The notes beneath the pieces were generated by a model, which saw only the letters and a program-made list of their open reading frames with translations, did no database searches and was not told the DNA's origin. A program made the position numbers and the translations under genes. Shown here one piece after another: positions 23,041 through 39,430 of a stretch of DNA of 64,000 nucleotides; positions within the stretch are counted from its first letter, which is position 1; every line of letters starts with the position of its first letter. This stretch comes from Octopus sinensis (taxonomy: Eukaryota), in the NCBI RefSeq assembly GCF_006345805.1, contig NC_043003.1, positions 94,054,001 through 94,118,000 on the forward strand. The letters run 5' to 3'.

Positions 23041-25271
23041 CACGAAGAACACGATGAGTTGATACACTGTTAAAAGTTTTCTATGACAAGATGTTTATCT
23101 AATATAGTTAAGGAATATTTAGTTGTGTAGGTATCGAAGTACTCAATATTGAGGAAAGAAACTTATTAAATGGTGTATAAAGAACAAGAATTGGTCGAGA
23201 TGATAGATTTTGATATGTATATGCATTATAATATGTTAGTATACATTTTATAGTATGTCACTGCTAGTGTAAGTGTATTATATCGTACTATTCACTATAA
23301 CACAGCTAGTTTTAACAAACCAAAAATAAGTACTTATGAGGCATAAAAAATACTGCCTAAATTAGGAAACCTACGTTATGTTGAGATTTTGAATTGAAAT
23401 ACTTCAAAGTGTATCACGAATTAATATAAGTTAAAGAAATTAAACAGTTAAGCAGACTAACAGTAGCCTTACAGTATTTTCAAGGAGTGTGAAATCTATT
23501 ATTATGCAAGTTGATTTTCTATAGATAACTACATTGCTACAAAATCTGATGATGATGTTGGAAGATTCAGTCACGGAAGTCATTCATATATTATCAGATA
23601 AATAATTTGTAAAATAGCGTTTGGAAAGCGTTATTCATTTTATGTAATTATCGTAATTCATTTCCTTCCCGGATACATTAGGCTTCCTGATTTATATCAG
23701 ACAGATTAAATTGAACTTGAGCATTTATATTAGATTTATTTTTTCATTAACTGAACTATTATATATTCTTCTTTGACAAACCATGCGTTTTCCTAATTGT
23801 TATTTATTTATCTGAAATTACGTTTCTCTAGACTTAAACACAATCTTACTTTGACAGTTATTGTTTATTTCGTAAAACTTTCTAAATTGATAGCATCTAT
23901 CCTTTACTGGACATTGCAGGTTATCTATATCTTTCTTTTTAACTCTGCAAAGTGTATAGATGTATGTTTTTCCACGAATCAAATAAAGGACATGTATGAG
24001 TTCGACTGATTTCATACAAATATCAGTCAAATTTTCCTAACATTGCCTAGTACAATCCTAGAAAAGAACCCTACACCTCGCAAAATGTAGCTAGATGGTC
24101 ATGATGAAACTTCTCTTAGTTCATGGTTGACCTGTTGTTAAGAAACTAGAAATCGGTTGCTTTTAGAATATCAACTGCATACTTCATATAGATTTCAAAA
24201 TAATTTCTTTCATCTTTTTACAAAAATTACAAATTCTTGAGAAAATAATATTATGTATTAGAATTATCATTTTAACAACTGCACTATTGTTTTGTTTTTG
24301 ATTAGACAACTATAATTCTTGCAGTGGCAGACGAGATTATTACTGAATTCTGTAAACAAATCAGCGAGCAAAATTAATGCTAGCAAACATACCAAGTATC
24401 AAATGGATTGGAACAAGATCAGTCTAAGCCATTAACAGAAAGAAAAGAACAATAATTAAATGAGTCTTTGGAAGATATATGCATAGCATGACTTTTAAAA
24501 CGAATCAGCTAAATACTCTTTTCGTTCTTTCTTCCTCTAAAAAGCTAGCCGAGACTATAGTACACCAGATTGAGTGGTTTACATTATTTTGTATTTTGCT
24601 TCAACCATTTTAGTTTCGGGTGCAAAAATTTTCTATCCAAAAGTATACTGTCTTCTCTTTAGATTTAGTGTATCCAGGACGACATTTTAAAACGTGTACC
24701 TTTTTAAAGAAAACTGTGTGATTTAAGGGAGATTTAGGTACTGTTTCTAAGCAGTTGAATAGCTCTGTAGAAGTTCTATCAGCGGTCCGATGAACAACAG
24801 TAATATACAAAGGTCAATTCTATCCACTATTCTTTTCTAGAATAATAGCTACAAAAGTGTCTTCTAAAAAAATAAACGTGTAAACATTCAGAAGAACAAT
24901 GATCTGGCATAAATGATAGAGCGTTGTTTTCAGTTTCGTCTCCCTCCAAACTGACATCTAGATTCAATTTCTACAGGGTATACTGCATCTTTCATTCCCT
25001 AAGGTTAGCTTGTGTCTGAAAACCTCCGATTGATTAGACATGTAACACAGAGACATTCGCCAGGCGAGCGTCTTAGTATGACCTATAGACCAATTATGTC
25101 AGACCATGGGCAACTTGGGCAAAGCGTGGTCGGCCTCTCTGCCTTTATTTAGCCTCCATGTATCTCCGCATCTAATTTTCATGGCCACACCTGTATTGAA
25201 GCCGTAAGCACCTCATCTTCATTTGTAGGATATTATATCCAGGACAAGTGTAGCTTGATTATTCTAGATGC

Positions 25272-25344
25272 ACTCGAATAGCTCCGTTGGTAGAACGTCA
25301 GACTTTTAGTCTAAGAGTCATTGGTTTGAGTCACCTACGGAACA
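25272..25344 (+). pseudogene. tRNA-Lys(TTT)-like pseudogene
   Basis: AATAGCTCCGTTGGTAGAACGTCAGACTTTTAGTCTAAGAGTC..GGTTTGAGTC is colinear with eukaryotic tRNA-Lys-UUU. Anticodon TTT is at 25305-25307; the acceptor and T stems are disrupted. Confidence 0.6.
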
Positions 25345-25806
25345 ACTTTACGTGGCCTATTCGTTTTAAGACCGTAGGCTGAAGGTTGATTCGTTGGTTT
25401 AGATCCATTATACAATAAGGTCGACTCTTTCTTTAATATTCAATCCATACAAGCAGCATACTTCATTATTACAAGGAGCAGATTCTTATATCAAACAAAA
25501 ACTTCGAATTATTTTTAGTCACAGGCTACTGTATCTTTTTAATAAATCTTAATACTTATGTATAACAAGAACAAGAGCTTATATGACTAGGTAAAATGAG
25601 AATATTATTATAAAGATATATTATAACCCCCAAGCATCACACCTTCTAAATAAATACTTTAATGATACTACAGTCATTTTATTAATTCTAGTGCACGCTG
25701 CATTGTATTTCAACTCGTGTTCGCACGTTCTCGGAAGTATATTTGAAACTCATCAAAATTAAATAGGAATATTCATTAAATTTTTCATAAATATAAGCGC
25801 TATTCA

Positions 25807-25843
<37 letters not shown>

Positions 25844-27343
25844 GCACATACATTCATGCCGCACATACGCATACAAATTCATATATATGCACACATCTAC
25901 TTGAACAGTTACACACAAATATGTAAATGAAAGTATAGATATTTACAGGTAACTGACACTTTGTATGTGTGTGTGTGAGAGCGTGTGTCCGTGTGTGTGC
26001 GTGTGCGTTAATGTGTGTGTTGTGTGAGCAATCATACATGCGCATGTGTGCGCGGAACCAAATATGTGTAAAGTTATATATGTTGTTCTTATATATTGAT
26101 ATACTCAAGCATTATTCACTATGCGTATTATAGACCACATGCCCATAACATTACAAACTACGAAAGCTCTTAGTTTTCTTGTCATTCAGCAATGTAACTA
26201 TTCATTATCACGCTACAGACATAACACTGCAAGCTTAAAAGTTGTATAATTTCCGTTGCTTTGACGTTAACAGAATTGAAATGTATATCATTTTCCACTT
26301 CTATTTCTAAACGAGGCGCTTACACGAAGATATAAACTTAATCGAGTAAAAGTGTCAAGAAGGTGCATTGGTAGAATCGTTAAACAGTCTGCTTTATTTG
26401 TTCCCACCAACGCCTTAAGTTCAAATACTGGAAAGGTTCAGTTGTGTATTTTATCTTTTCAGACTCTTATATATAGTAAGTAAGAGCCAACATCACATTC
26501 GATTCTTTTCATTCGCCCCGGATTCTACTTGTAATTCAATTGTCTGGTTCTTTTACTTTATGTGACACTGATTTCCTTTATATGTATTCATTTCTCTTAC
26601 ACGTTAAGTCTACGTCAAGGAATTCAGTTGGTCAAAGAACTGAGTGCTTATCGTTGAGACCGGAAGAGAACCTATCGACGTTCTGCGAATTGTTATAGTA
26701 TAGTCGAGCTTTGGTTGAATTAGCACAGGTAGTTCACGAAACAGTTACTGATCTCATTCTACATTTTAAAGTACCCCTTAATCAAATTTTTCTGTTTTGC
26801 ATTCTTGCTAGAATATTCATACTAGTTACAGACATACCTCCATAGAGTTACATTTTTATAGAATATTTCTTTTTACTAATATTCGCAAACACATGAGTCT
26901 TTGCAAGAAATTACTGGTTCATGGCGTTTCTAATGGCAATGGCAGAAAACATTTGACCTAAGTTGCTGTGCAATGGGATCCGATCTCTAAAACACACAGC
27001 CATGAATGTTGTATCTGCAATCAAAACATTCAACTTTCAACACCCAGTTTACCCTGTAATAATGTACAAGAGAGGGCAACACTCCCCGCTCTATACAGTA
27101 TAAAATTTTGAATGCTATTCAAATCAAGAGTCTTAATTTATGCTTCTCTGAGGCGAAATTTGAAAGAAATGGGTTTCGCCGAGTTGTTTTGTTTTTAAAA
27201 CGATACCGGTTACTAAAGATTAACTCTCGAAGAGGTATTCTTTTGCATGGTGTTTAATAAGATATTGTTTTACTTCCATGTGACCCATACACACACATAC
27301 ATACATAAACACAAACACACACACACACAAACACACACACTCG

Positions 27344-28690
<1,347 letters not shown>

Positions 28691-28800
28691 CATCATGAAG
28701 GTATATAGGAGATGGATAGAGGTGGGTGTGTTTTCCTAGAGTTTTTAATATGTGATGTTGGATCTCCAGGCTTAGGTCGGCCTTTATATTTTCCAGTTAA

Positions 28801-28990
<190 letters not shown>

Positions 28991-30039
28991 AGAGATAGAA
29001 AGAGAGAGATAAACAGATAGCCAGACATACAAACAGATAGGTAAACCCACGCAAATAAAACAAGTAAATCATGAGACAAGAATGAGATAAACAAAAACAT
29101 GTGAAGCACGAAGTCAGACAAGTAACCCACGCAGCTGAAAGGGGGGAAATGCGTTTGCTTGTCTGATATCTGGTAGAATGTCTTTGTATCCTATTTTCCC
29201 ATGATCTATCTCATTTGATCAATTGTTATCTGCTTACGTCCGTACGCCTACACATAATTAGGACCGATTCTAGCAAATACGCACACACACTCACAGACGC
29301 ACTCATATACATCTCAGGGTATCCGCGAGACGTAAGTTAGAACTAAATTCTTGTGTTAATTAGTGGCATATGAAAATAGATCACATGGCAACCAACAGTA
29401 ACTGTTGAGAGTCAGCACGGAAAGAGACAACCCTAGCAACTCAGATACAACAATTCGATTAGCAAATCCATTCATGCAACGAATAAACTATATAAAGCAC
29501 ACCTGCAGATATTGCATAAGTGGGTAAGATGTGACTTAAGAATATGGACCCAAGGCATCGAAAACGAAAAAGAATACAAGCTGCATCTCCAGCTTTAAAA
29601 TCCAGAAAGAAATATCCGGAGAAAGTTAAAGCACCACGTACAGAATTACATCCTACTAAGAGGCAGTTGAGATACGATCAGCAGTCAATTTATGGTGCTG
29701 AATCACTCCATATGCCTGATCCCCCGAAATCCATACAAAGAAGTCCAGCAGATGAAAAGACTATCAGCAAGCAGTGAAGAAGTGTGTTTACACAGTACTT
29801 CAACGAGGGACGGTTTGGCTGCTGTCTCCGGCTTCGAAACTGAGGAGATGGAGCTGAATTATTTCTTTTGTACTCATTTCGATGAGTCAAAGCACGCCAC
29901 TAAACATCTATACACATATATAATGTGTTTATGCATATATGTACACATAGTTGGATGGCCCATTGGCTTCCCTGAGTTCATATGTTCATTGGCAAGTCTT
30001 GTTGTTCCTGCTAGGAATGTGTAACAAGGACTGGGCTTT

Positions 30040-30230
30040 TGAATTGCGAGTACATTCCACTCTCTTGGAATCTATACTGTTTCCGTCAATCCAATTTCAT
30101 TCATAAGGCTTGGGTAGATCTGAGACTATGATAAAACAATTACCCACTATATAACACATCGGGATCGAAACTGGAACTTTAAAGTTGAAAGCCAAGAATC
30201 TTAACCTCTAAGAAATGCTTGCGTTCATCA
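30040..30230 (-). mobile_element. Degenerate tRNA-SINE head (34111 family)
   Basis: GTTTCCGTCAATCCAATTTCATTCATAAGGCTTGGG and GGGATCGAAACTGGAAC (antisense B-box). Confidence 0.55.
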
Positions 30231-31539
30231 CTTTCGTTTACAATTAGATGGACTTGGCAATTTATTCTTTACGATATCTTTATATTGAGTACCACTCAAA
30301 GTACTGAGATCGGTATAAACGACAACAATCATAGAATTTGACACGCCAGTATGGCAGTATTCCTAATATTAAAACAATATGATTGGTTAAAGAAAATGAA
30401 AAATTGTCACTGAATTAACATCTCAATGCATTTCTCTTTTCTTTTGAATTAATATTTCGATCTATTTCCCTTCTTTCTTTTTCATCTATCGCCCTTTTGA
30501 AGTAGATAAAATAATATATACCAATCTTTATTTAATCCACTATACGATTTCCTCCTTTAACACAATTTGCGACGTGACTATTCAAACAAAAGAAATTTAT
30601 ACAGATTAATGGCTTTCTAATAACTTGAGGCATCGTCTCTTTCCAACAAGTCTGCGTTTACTGCGTATACAGTATCACTATTCACTCACTAAAAACGTGT
30701 TAACCAATTTGTAGTTGTATAAAAACTATTCAAGTGCCACTTGTAAGTGAGTAGAGTATTGTAAGAACTATTTATATGATACTTGCAAGCGAATGAAATG
30801 TTTTGTTATTATGATTCAGGTAGTTTGTGTCTCTTAACATTCTTTCAAATGATCTGTTTGAAAACTGGAGTAATATGTTGATTCTAAGATTTACTAGACT
30901 GCATTAAAGTAGCGTCTAAGCTAGGTGAATAGCATTTTTAGATTGATAGAAGTCTGAACCTCTTGGAATTTATATTCTTGTGCTTTATTCTTATTAAATC
31001 GAGAGAGGAAAGAGCCTGTGGCTTCATAAATTAGGATTGATTCTAGAATTCTAAGGACACTTGTTTATTGATCAAGTTCGTGGGCGATTTGAGAATCCTG
31101 TCTAAAACTATTTAATTAGTTAGTTTATCTGAAAGTATACCAGAAATCAGGAGAAATGTGTTGCTAATGAATAGGCAAATGCAAGTGATATGCCTCTTTA
31201 AAATATTCTAGAATTACATGTAAATCACGATTTACATTGATTAGTCAAAATGCATTGCGCGTGCGCACATACACGCATACACATACACACCCACGTGCAC
31301 GCACACACACACATACACGCATACACACGCAAACACATACACATACACACACATACACACATACATACACATGGATATTTTATCAGTGGTAAAAATCCCC
31401 ACGGAGAGCTCGCTACAAGCTTCAAATAAATTATACACTCCACATAACCGTATATTGACTTCTTAATTGAACTATGGTCTTTCTAGGTTATATCTGGTAT
31501 AAACCGTACAAATAGATATTCACATACACATATCCCTCG

Positions 31540-31597
<58 letters not shown>

Positions 31598-31969
31598 ACA
31601 CACACACACCATGAATATATATATATACAACTTATAAACAAGGACAAAAGATAAAAATTTCTAATGCCAAATATGCCGAAACTAGACACATCGTCCATAT
31701 GTTTTTTAATATGCTGGCCATTGCTAAATTTTTTTTCGAAAAATTTTATCCTATATTATATATATATATATATATAAGGGATAAGTTATCCTGGCGTGAA
31801 TGATAGACCCTTGATGAAATTACAATGACTAGAATGCATGTTTTCAGATGTGAATAAAATCTCCACTCTTCGCTTCGCTGTCAACGTTTTATATATATAT
31901 ATATATATAAATATATGTAAGTGTATGTGTGTGTGTGTGTGTGTATATATGTATGTATATATATTATGT

Positions 31970-32039
<70 letters not shown>

Positions 32040-34110
32040 GTAGCTATGTGAGTGTAACTATCAATGCAATATAAAAACTGGTTCTTTCATCTAACCATAT
32101 GGACATGGAGGATATGGTAAGAAGACTGGTTACTATTAATGCGCATAAAAGATCTGCATTGATGGAAAGCAGAATATAAGTTGCGGACAATGTGAATAAA
32201 GTTAACAAGATATTATCATAATATGTGCGGCACTTTTTTAAAACATGAGAGGGAAACGTCTACAAGCAGTGTTATCGGATCATATAACTTTTTATAGTCA
32301 ATTACTTAGTCATTATAGGAAACTGCATAATATTCTCTGTAGAAATATATTTATTCACAGAACATTTTCCCAATGTCACATTTGGATTCCACTGAAGTGC
32401 AGCTGAAATTCCATGATCTGAAATTCTTTCATCGGAATAGATAGGCGAGCAATCACCATATGAATTCTTCACAGCACTGCAATTTTCTAAAGCTGCTATA
32501 GATTTCATGTCATTATCTGCTGCAATTAAACCATTCATAGCAGTTAAATTTGCCTCTAGAACACATTCATAAATCTGCTACTAGAACACAGCGTGTTCTG
32601 TTTAATAGAATAACAGTTATTCTGATTTATTCTTTTCATTGAAATGGGAGCCCTCTCGTACCGACTCGATCTCGCAGAAATAACAGCTAAACCTCCATCA
32701 AATAACGTCCTATTGTTTTCAGTAAAAGAAATCTGAATAATGTGGTCCACGTGTTATTTGGAAAACAAAGAGCGGATCGGATCTTGTCTGGAATATCAGG
32801 CCTGTCTTACGGTTAAACAGCTAGAACAGAAGAGAGAAATCAAATATTTTTCATTATATTCATTATTAACTCTGTGATGGTATGTTCAAATACCAAACGA
32901 ATATCAAGTTTATAATTAATAATACACAAATTAATAATACACAAAAGCAAATAACATTAAAAGATTGACATCGTGTTTTTATTAAATGGAATACTGACGA
33001 GCACACACACATATACAATATATCACTTACCTTGTTAAATTGTGTTTAAAACAAATTAATTTTAATATGCTGGTATAATGTGTCCATTGCGTGATTCTCT
33101 CATTTTCATAATAAATATGACAATAAGAATTATGTCAACTAACGTTTTTTTTCATTGATATAGACAAAGGTGGTGTGACAATCTGATGTGTGTCTGACGA
33201 AATTAAGTAAGAATGATTACAATAATAACAAGATCAATAATAAAAATGACAATCATTATCATCATACTATCGACATCCAGACAAGCATTCGTTATAAAAT
33301 TATAAGAACGTTGAGAGACAAATGTGGACAAGAGGAGTGCTACATAGACAGGATATTTTGATCTCATAGCCAGTCGAAGGTTTTACTCGCATTAAGTGAA
33401 GCAACATTGTCTTCGCTGATGTTCTTTTGAGTGGAGAACCAATAACGGATGCATTTAAAAAGATGGCAAGTCTCTGTTAAGATTACAAACCTCTATAAAA
33501 GCTATAGAAGAGCCTTTGAAGATTGTGCAAGACTTAAACTGATGAAAGAATTGATTATTGACAGCGATTTCCATTTTACTTGAGATGTCAGAGGTAGGGG
33601 CGAAACCTGGTTCTAAAGTAAGGGGCAGCAAGCATGGAACGAAAAGGTGCTAGAGCACGTAGAAACGTACCTAATAATCTTTTTTATATTCTATATTTTA
33701 ATAGAGAGCAAAGCTAATCCTCCAAAGCCTATCATCCCCATTGTAGAAGAGGAAAGTACGTTTTCATGTGCATGGATCGAGTGAAGGTTTGTTGAACAAC
33801 TACACTCGTTGTTTGTATGGTTACAAAAACAATGATGCAATGCGGAGAGATCACGATAAGGGCTGCATGTCGTTCGGGTTAATGAATGTTAGTACACCAA
33901 TGGCGTCAATTGGTAAATATTTAAATTTGCTATACTGTTATTTTTTTGTGCCCATTATTTCTTTATGTTTCTTTCACTAAAAAAAAAATTAAAAACCTCG
34001 TGGGCGCTTTTGTTTAACTGTTGATGAAATATGAGTACGTGTCTGCTAAACACTCTAATTTATTTACATTTTCTACATTGTAAAAAAAAAAAAAGAAAAA
34101 GAAAAGAAAT

Positions 34111-34518
34111 CGCAGGAGTGGCTGTGTGGTAAGTAGCTTGCTTACCAGCCACGTTGGTTCCGGGTTCAGTCTCACTGCGTGGCACCTTGGGCAAGTGTCT
34201 TCTACTATAGCCTCGGGCTGACCAAAGCCTTGTGAGTGGATTTGGTAGATGGAAACTGAAAGAAGCTCGTCGTATATATGTATATATATATATTTGTGCG
34301 TGTATGTTTGTGTGTCTATGTTTGCCCCCCTAGCATTGCTTGACAACCGATGCTGGTGTGTTTATGTCCCCGTCACTTAGCGGTTCGGCAAAAAGAGACC
34401 GATAGAATAAGTACTGGGCTTACAAAGAATAAGTCCCGGGGTCGAGTTGCTCGATTAAAGGCGGTGCTCCAGCATGGCCGCAGTCAAATGACTGAAACAA
34501 GTAAAAGAGAGTAAGAGT
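34111..34518 (+). mobile_element. Full-length tRNA-derived SINE
   Basis: A-box TGGCTGTGTGG, B-box GGTTCAGTCTC, central microsatellite and (GAGTAA)-like tail. Nearly identical to 36781-37172. Confidence 0.92.
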
Positions 34519-35283
34519 AATTCGTATATTCTAAATTAAAGATTGTAAGACAGAGCTTTAGGAAAGTAGTCTTTATCTACTAAAGACTTCCCCACTATTT
34601 CAACCTTTAGGAAAAGATACGGAAAATAAGTGGAATGTATACAGGTAGATCAAAACAACCAAGTGAATTCGGAAATGTGATATTCATACGATATATAAAA
34701 AGCCAGAAAACGTAACAAACAAAGATTTCATATTGAAAATCTCGACGCTGTGGGAATATTTCGCAACCCTAAAGAAATTCATTATTGAACCCTACTTAGT
34801 GTCCCTTAGGTTCTGTTATAAATAATACATGTAGGAGATTTAAACACGTTTAAACGTAACTTTCAAATGCAACGAACGACCTACTACTACTACTACTACT
34901 ACTACTACTGCCGATTGCTTGTTAATTGTATGCAGGTGTTTTATGAGTTAGCTGTGTTGTACTAGAAGTTCATGAAGCAATTATACTTAAGTTTACGCTT
35001 CAACAGACAGTATCAGTACGTGAGAAGAATACGTTATAATAATTTGATCTGGGGCAGTGACTCTTGATTCGTCCTTGACTTTTAGTTATCGACGAACTAG
35101 TTACAGAAATAATACACGCTCATTTCTTTTGTATTTAATTTGCTATAATATTAGATAATTGTATTCCATGTTCATTAATTTCGCGCTTCAGTAATGGTGT
35201 AGGAAACTTACATATATCTGGAATTATGACTTGTGACATGCGAACAAATTTCTAAGTAATTTTACAGTAGCGAATAGGAATTC

Positions 35284-35806
35284 ATGATAACACGGTTTGT
35301 GTTTCGATCTACGAATACTAGCGATGTTTACATAAGGCTGAAGATCAGGGAAAAAGAGAACAGCTATGCTGAACTATTGAAGAATCTGCTGTTGCTCTAT
35401 CCAGATTACAAGTTCAGATTTATACTTTTAATTATTGGGTCCCTGGCATATGTAACACACTCCCTAAATACCAATCTTGAGAAATTAGGTTTCCCCAAAC
35501 CAGAAAGGAGAAAGCTAATCCGAAGACTACAGATCCAATCCATCACTGGAACTGTTAAAGTCTGTAAAACTTTCCAGAAGTTTATCATTTAAATATATAT
35601 GCGCATGTCTAGATATGCAATTATATACATGAAAATACATACATAAAGCAAACAAATCTGCACATACATACATAATACATACATACATACATACATACAA
35701 AAATACCGTTATTGATGTTGAAATTCCAATAAAGAAGCCTTGGATCTGGGTTAGAAACCGGTTGTTTCTATACTGTCAAGAAATCTTGAAATAAACCGAA
35801 TAATAA
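35284..35806 (+). mobile_element. 3' end of an RLE-type (NeSL/HERO-like) non-LTR retrotransposon
   Basis: DVYIRLKIREKENSYAELLKNLLLLYPDYKFRFILLIIGSL...RRKLIRRLQIQSITGTVKVCKTF (REL C-terminus), then a 3' UTR containing (TACA)n. Confidence 0.75.
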
Positions 35807-36780
35807 CATGTGTGCGTGTGTGTGTTTATGTGTATGATGATTGTTATCTTTTAAATCATAAAAGCTTTCAGAGACACGCATATAAACGGTGAGTTGTGCG
35901 ATCGATAAAGTTGTTATAAGAACAGAATGACGCCTACGAAGAAGTCTTTGGATAGTCTTAACCTGCTCTGTGGATCAGATATATGCTAACCTGTGCTGCT
36001 ATGATGGGAGTAACGAAAAGTGATGTGACGTAGTTTTGCCATTGAAAATTTAATTAACTTCAGAATGACCCAAAAAACAAGTAAAATATCAAGGAGATTT
36101 TTCAATATTCACATCAATATTTTAAGCTAATATTTTCGCTAATCTAATAAACAGGTTTTATTGTTTGATTTCCCGTTGTCACGCGCAAACATAAACCAAT
36201 AGTTCAATTTTCTGTGGAAGGTGGAGAAACTGTTGTCGCAATGACTCGCTTGTCCTTCTAAATTCTATTTATTTTTATGTAAACAAAAGTGATACAACCG
36301 AGGTTTGAAAAACAATTTCTGGTTCAGCTTGTTTATATTTCTGGTTTTGATGTTAATTAAACATAAAACTAACGATACTTGTTCCGCAAAAATCTTTAAC
36401 TATAATATTTGCTGAATTCAATCGCATAAACTCTGCCACAAGCTTTAGATTTTCGTTTAGCACTATAATTGTTGATCACACCAGGAAATGTTTTAGTCAT
36501 AGATTTGCTGGATCAAGATTGAAATAAAAAAGAAACTATAATCACAACTACATTAACCACCTTATCATGAAAAGTCAAGAAATTGAGCCCATTTACTGCA
36601 ATAACGAACTGGAGAAATTCTTAGCTTTATTTTGATAACTTGTTTAACCATCTTTATGTTGGTAAGGAGAGGGATATTAAATCAATTTGTTTTCTAAATA
36701 TAATCGTTGGTTAGGGAGTTTGTTCCTAAGGAAATAATGGCTATGGCGTGTTTATTTCGAGTCAAGAATGTAAATGTAGT

Positions 36781-37172
36781 AGGAGTGGCTATGTGGTGAG
36801 TAGCTTGCTTACCAACCACATGGTTCCGGGTTCAGTCCCACTGCGTGGCACCTTGGGCAAGTCGCTTCTACTATAGCCTCGGGCCGACCAAAGCCTTGTG
36901 AGTGGATTTGGTAGACGGAAACTGAAAGAAGCCCGTCGTATATAAGTATATATATATGTGCGTGTATGTTTGTGTGTCTGTATTTGTTCCAATAGCATTG
37001 CTTGACAACCGATGCTGGTGTGTTTATGTCCCCGTCACTTAGCGGTTCGGCAAAAGAGACCGATAGAATAAGTACTGGGCTTACAAAGAATAAGTCCCGG
37101 GGTCGAGTTGCTCGACTATAGGTGGTGTTCCAGCATGGCCGCAGTCAACTGACTGAAACAAGAAAAAGAGTA
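36781..37172 (+). mobile_element. Full-length tRNA-derived SINE
   Basis: Near-identical paralogue of 34111-34518. Confidence 0.92.
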
Positions 37173-37851
37173 TAGCAAGTGTAAAACAGTTCATCAGAAA
37201 GGGATATATATGTAGTGGTAAAAATCATACATATCTAGATTATTCTGAAGACCGGAATAAATATTGAGAGGATACAATATATGTTATTGTATTACAAGCA
37301 GTGTGCAGTTGTTTGCTAATCGGTTGGAGCGGTTTCTCTTTTCCTTACATGGTGGATGATGGTGGTTACGTGAAATATTTGTGCGCATATTCAGTTGTAT
37401 TATACGAGACATATGAAATATATATTAATCGTAGAATGACGGCAACCTCCCAGCAGTGAAGTTATGTTTTTCTGTAGTGGTCGTCCAATATTGAGATTCT
37501 ATTTGACAGCGTCCGAGACTGTAACTACAATGAAAGCTTTTGAGGTACAGCATTTGTAAAGTTTGAACATTTTTATACGTGTGAAGTATATGATAATGTC
37601 TATTTATCTGAACAGGTGTTGCTGATGTTCAGTAAGATTAGACTATTGCAATACTATGATTGTAAGATACAAGACCTCAATCCATATAAATAATGCATAT
37701 CTGGCGTGAAATATTTAGTTTGCGTGTATGTATGGCATCTGGTTATAGTCATTTTACTTTACAATGCAAATTGACTTAGGACACAAGTCACAGCATTCTT
37801 CCTAAATGTAATAGGATATCAGTGCTGGACATTTTTCCTTTCCAGGTGTAT

Positions 37852-37895
<44 letters not shown>

Positions 37896-38540
37896 TACAT
37901 ATATATATACATACATACACATACACATACATATATATATATATAATGGTGAATTCGTCGAGAAATTTCCAGAAGTAATTTGATTTATGCAGAGGAGCGT
38001 TTAAAAAATCCAATAAAAATGTTAGAAATAGTAAGAAGTTGGATAAGTTCGATTACCGTTTGTCAAACAGTGAGGAAAAGAGATCGAGTGGAATTGTCAC
38101 TTGGGTAATAGGGAAGTAAAATATCATATATCATATATGTTTTCTTTTATTAAATGCAAATGCTCTTCATATTGACGATTCAGAAAACTGGTTCTTGTAA
38201 GATTCATAACTGAGACATGATCTTTAAAATGAAATTGAAAATGCATTGTTGTATCACTTGAGTGGAGCCTCATTTCTTTTAACTATCAGTTAAAACTTAG
38301 ATTCCCCCCAAAAATGCTTCTTAATCGTACTACGTGGGGATCGACATGTCAAAGACTGGGCCAAAATTTTCTTCTACGTGTCGTAAAAGGTGACTACAAG
38401 ACATTGAGATAGGAATTGCACTCCGACCTCATAAAACTCTCAAACGACTACTCAAACAGACCCATTGGCTGGAAGGTTGTCGCCTGAGTAATGCAAAGGA
38501 GCAAGGATGTGGCAACGCTTTGTTACAGCGCATGCCCCAT

Positions 38541-38547
38541 ACTACTG

Positions 38548-38645
<98 letters not shown>

Positions 38646-38668
38646 GCTACTACTACTACTACTACTAC
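38541..38668. repeat. (CTA)n-(TAA)n-(CTA)n compound microsatellite
   Basis: Direct reading. Confidence 0.95.
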
Positions 38669-39244
38669 ATAATTGCTCAAAGGATTATATGTCACTACAG
38701 ATATACCGTCTTTATTTGGTGTGTAGAAAGCAAGTCAATCCTGAAGAACAGCTCATCCTTTCCGGTTATGGACTTCAATCGGTTATTATACGTAGAAGTG
38801 CTGTCAACCTACTATTAATATACAGTAGTCCCAAGGGAGTTCAAATTATATGAAACTAGAAATACGTACGCGCAAATGAAAGAGATATTGAATGAAAAAT
38901 CAATGTGGCCTGAAACTCAGTTATTAGTATAAATTTCAAGAAGCAGAGTATCAGATTAATAACATTACGCTAACGGGTTGTAACAAGTAAGCTGTCATTA
39001 TACTGGAGCATTGTCACAATTAAATGTAAGTGCAACGACTTGGTATTAGAACAATTGGGATATTTAGTAAACTGTGATTAGACGTAAGGATCGATTGTAA
39101 ACTACTTAACATGAAATTTGTGATTTGAGTTTTCACAGTACAACCTGAGGTCTCATTTCCAAAATTTAAAATGTAGTTCACATTTTTTAGAACAAACTGT
39201 CAATTTTTTTCTTATAAATCTGAATTAAAAATAGAAACAAGAAA

Positions 39245-39430
39245 ATTAGTTTCAAATTTTGGTACAACACCAGCAATTTGGAAGGAGGAGTAAGTCCATT
39301 GCATCGGCCCCAGTACTCAACTGGTACTTATTTTAACGACCTCCGAAAGAAAGAAAGTAAAGTTGACTTCGGCGGAATTTGAACTCAGAACGTAAAGACG
39401 GACGAAATGCTGCTAAGCATTTTGGCCATC
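39245..39430 (-). mobile_element. SINE with Meta-like central domain
   Basis: Minus strand GTTCTGAGTTCAAATTCCGCCGAAGTCAACTTTACTTTC...CGGAGGTCGTTAAAATAAGTACCAGTTGAGTACTGGGG. Superfamily label is from memory. Confidence 0.8.

Noticed and set aside
24610-24810. Protein-like ORF containing CRPGY
   Set aside because: There is an in-frame stop just upstream, no convincing splice sites and no recognised domain.
29544-29777. Basic 77-aa ORF that might be a LINE ORF1 start
   Set aside because: No diagnostic motif, so it cannot be assigned.
31655-31700. GAAAC...GTC hammerhead-like spacing
   Set aside because: Stem II arms are not complementary and the core is absent.
32302-32555. 78-aa minus ORF with a TAG acceptor-like site and an ISDH motif
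   Set aside because: The acceptor derives from an adjacent repeat and no family is recognised. It is ambiguous between an old endonuclease relic and chance.
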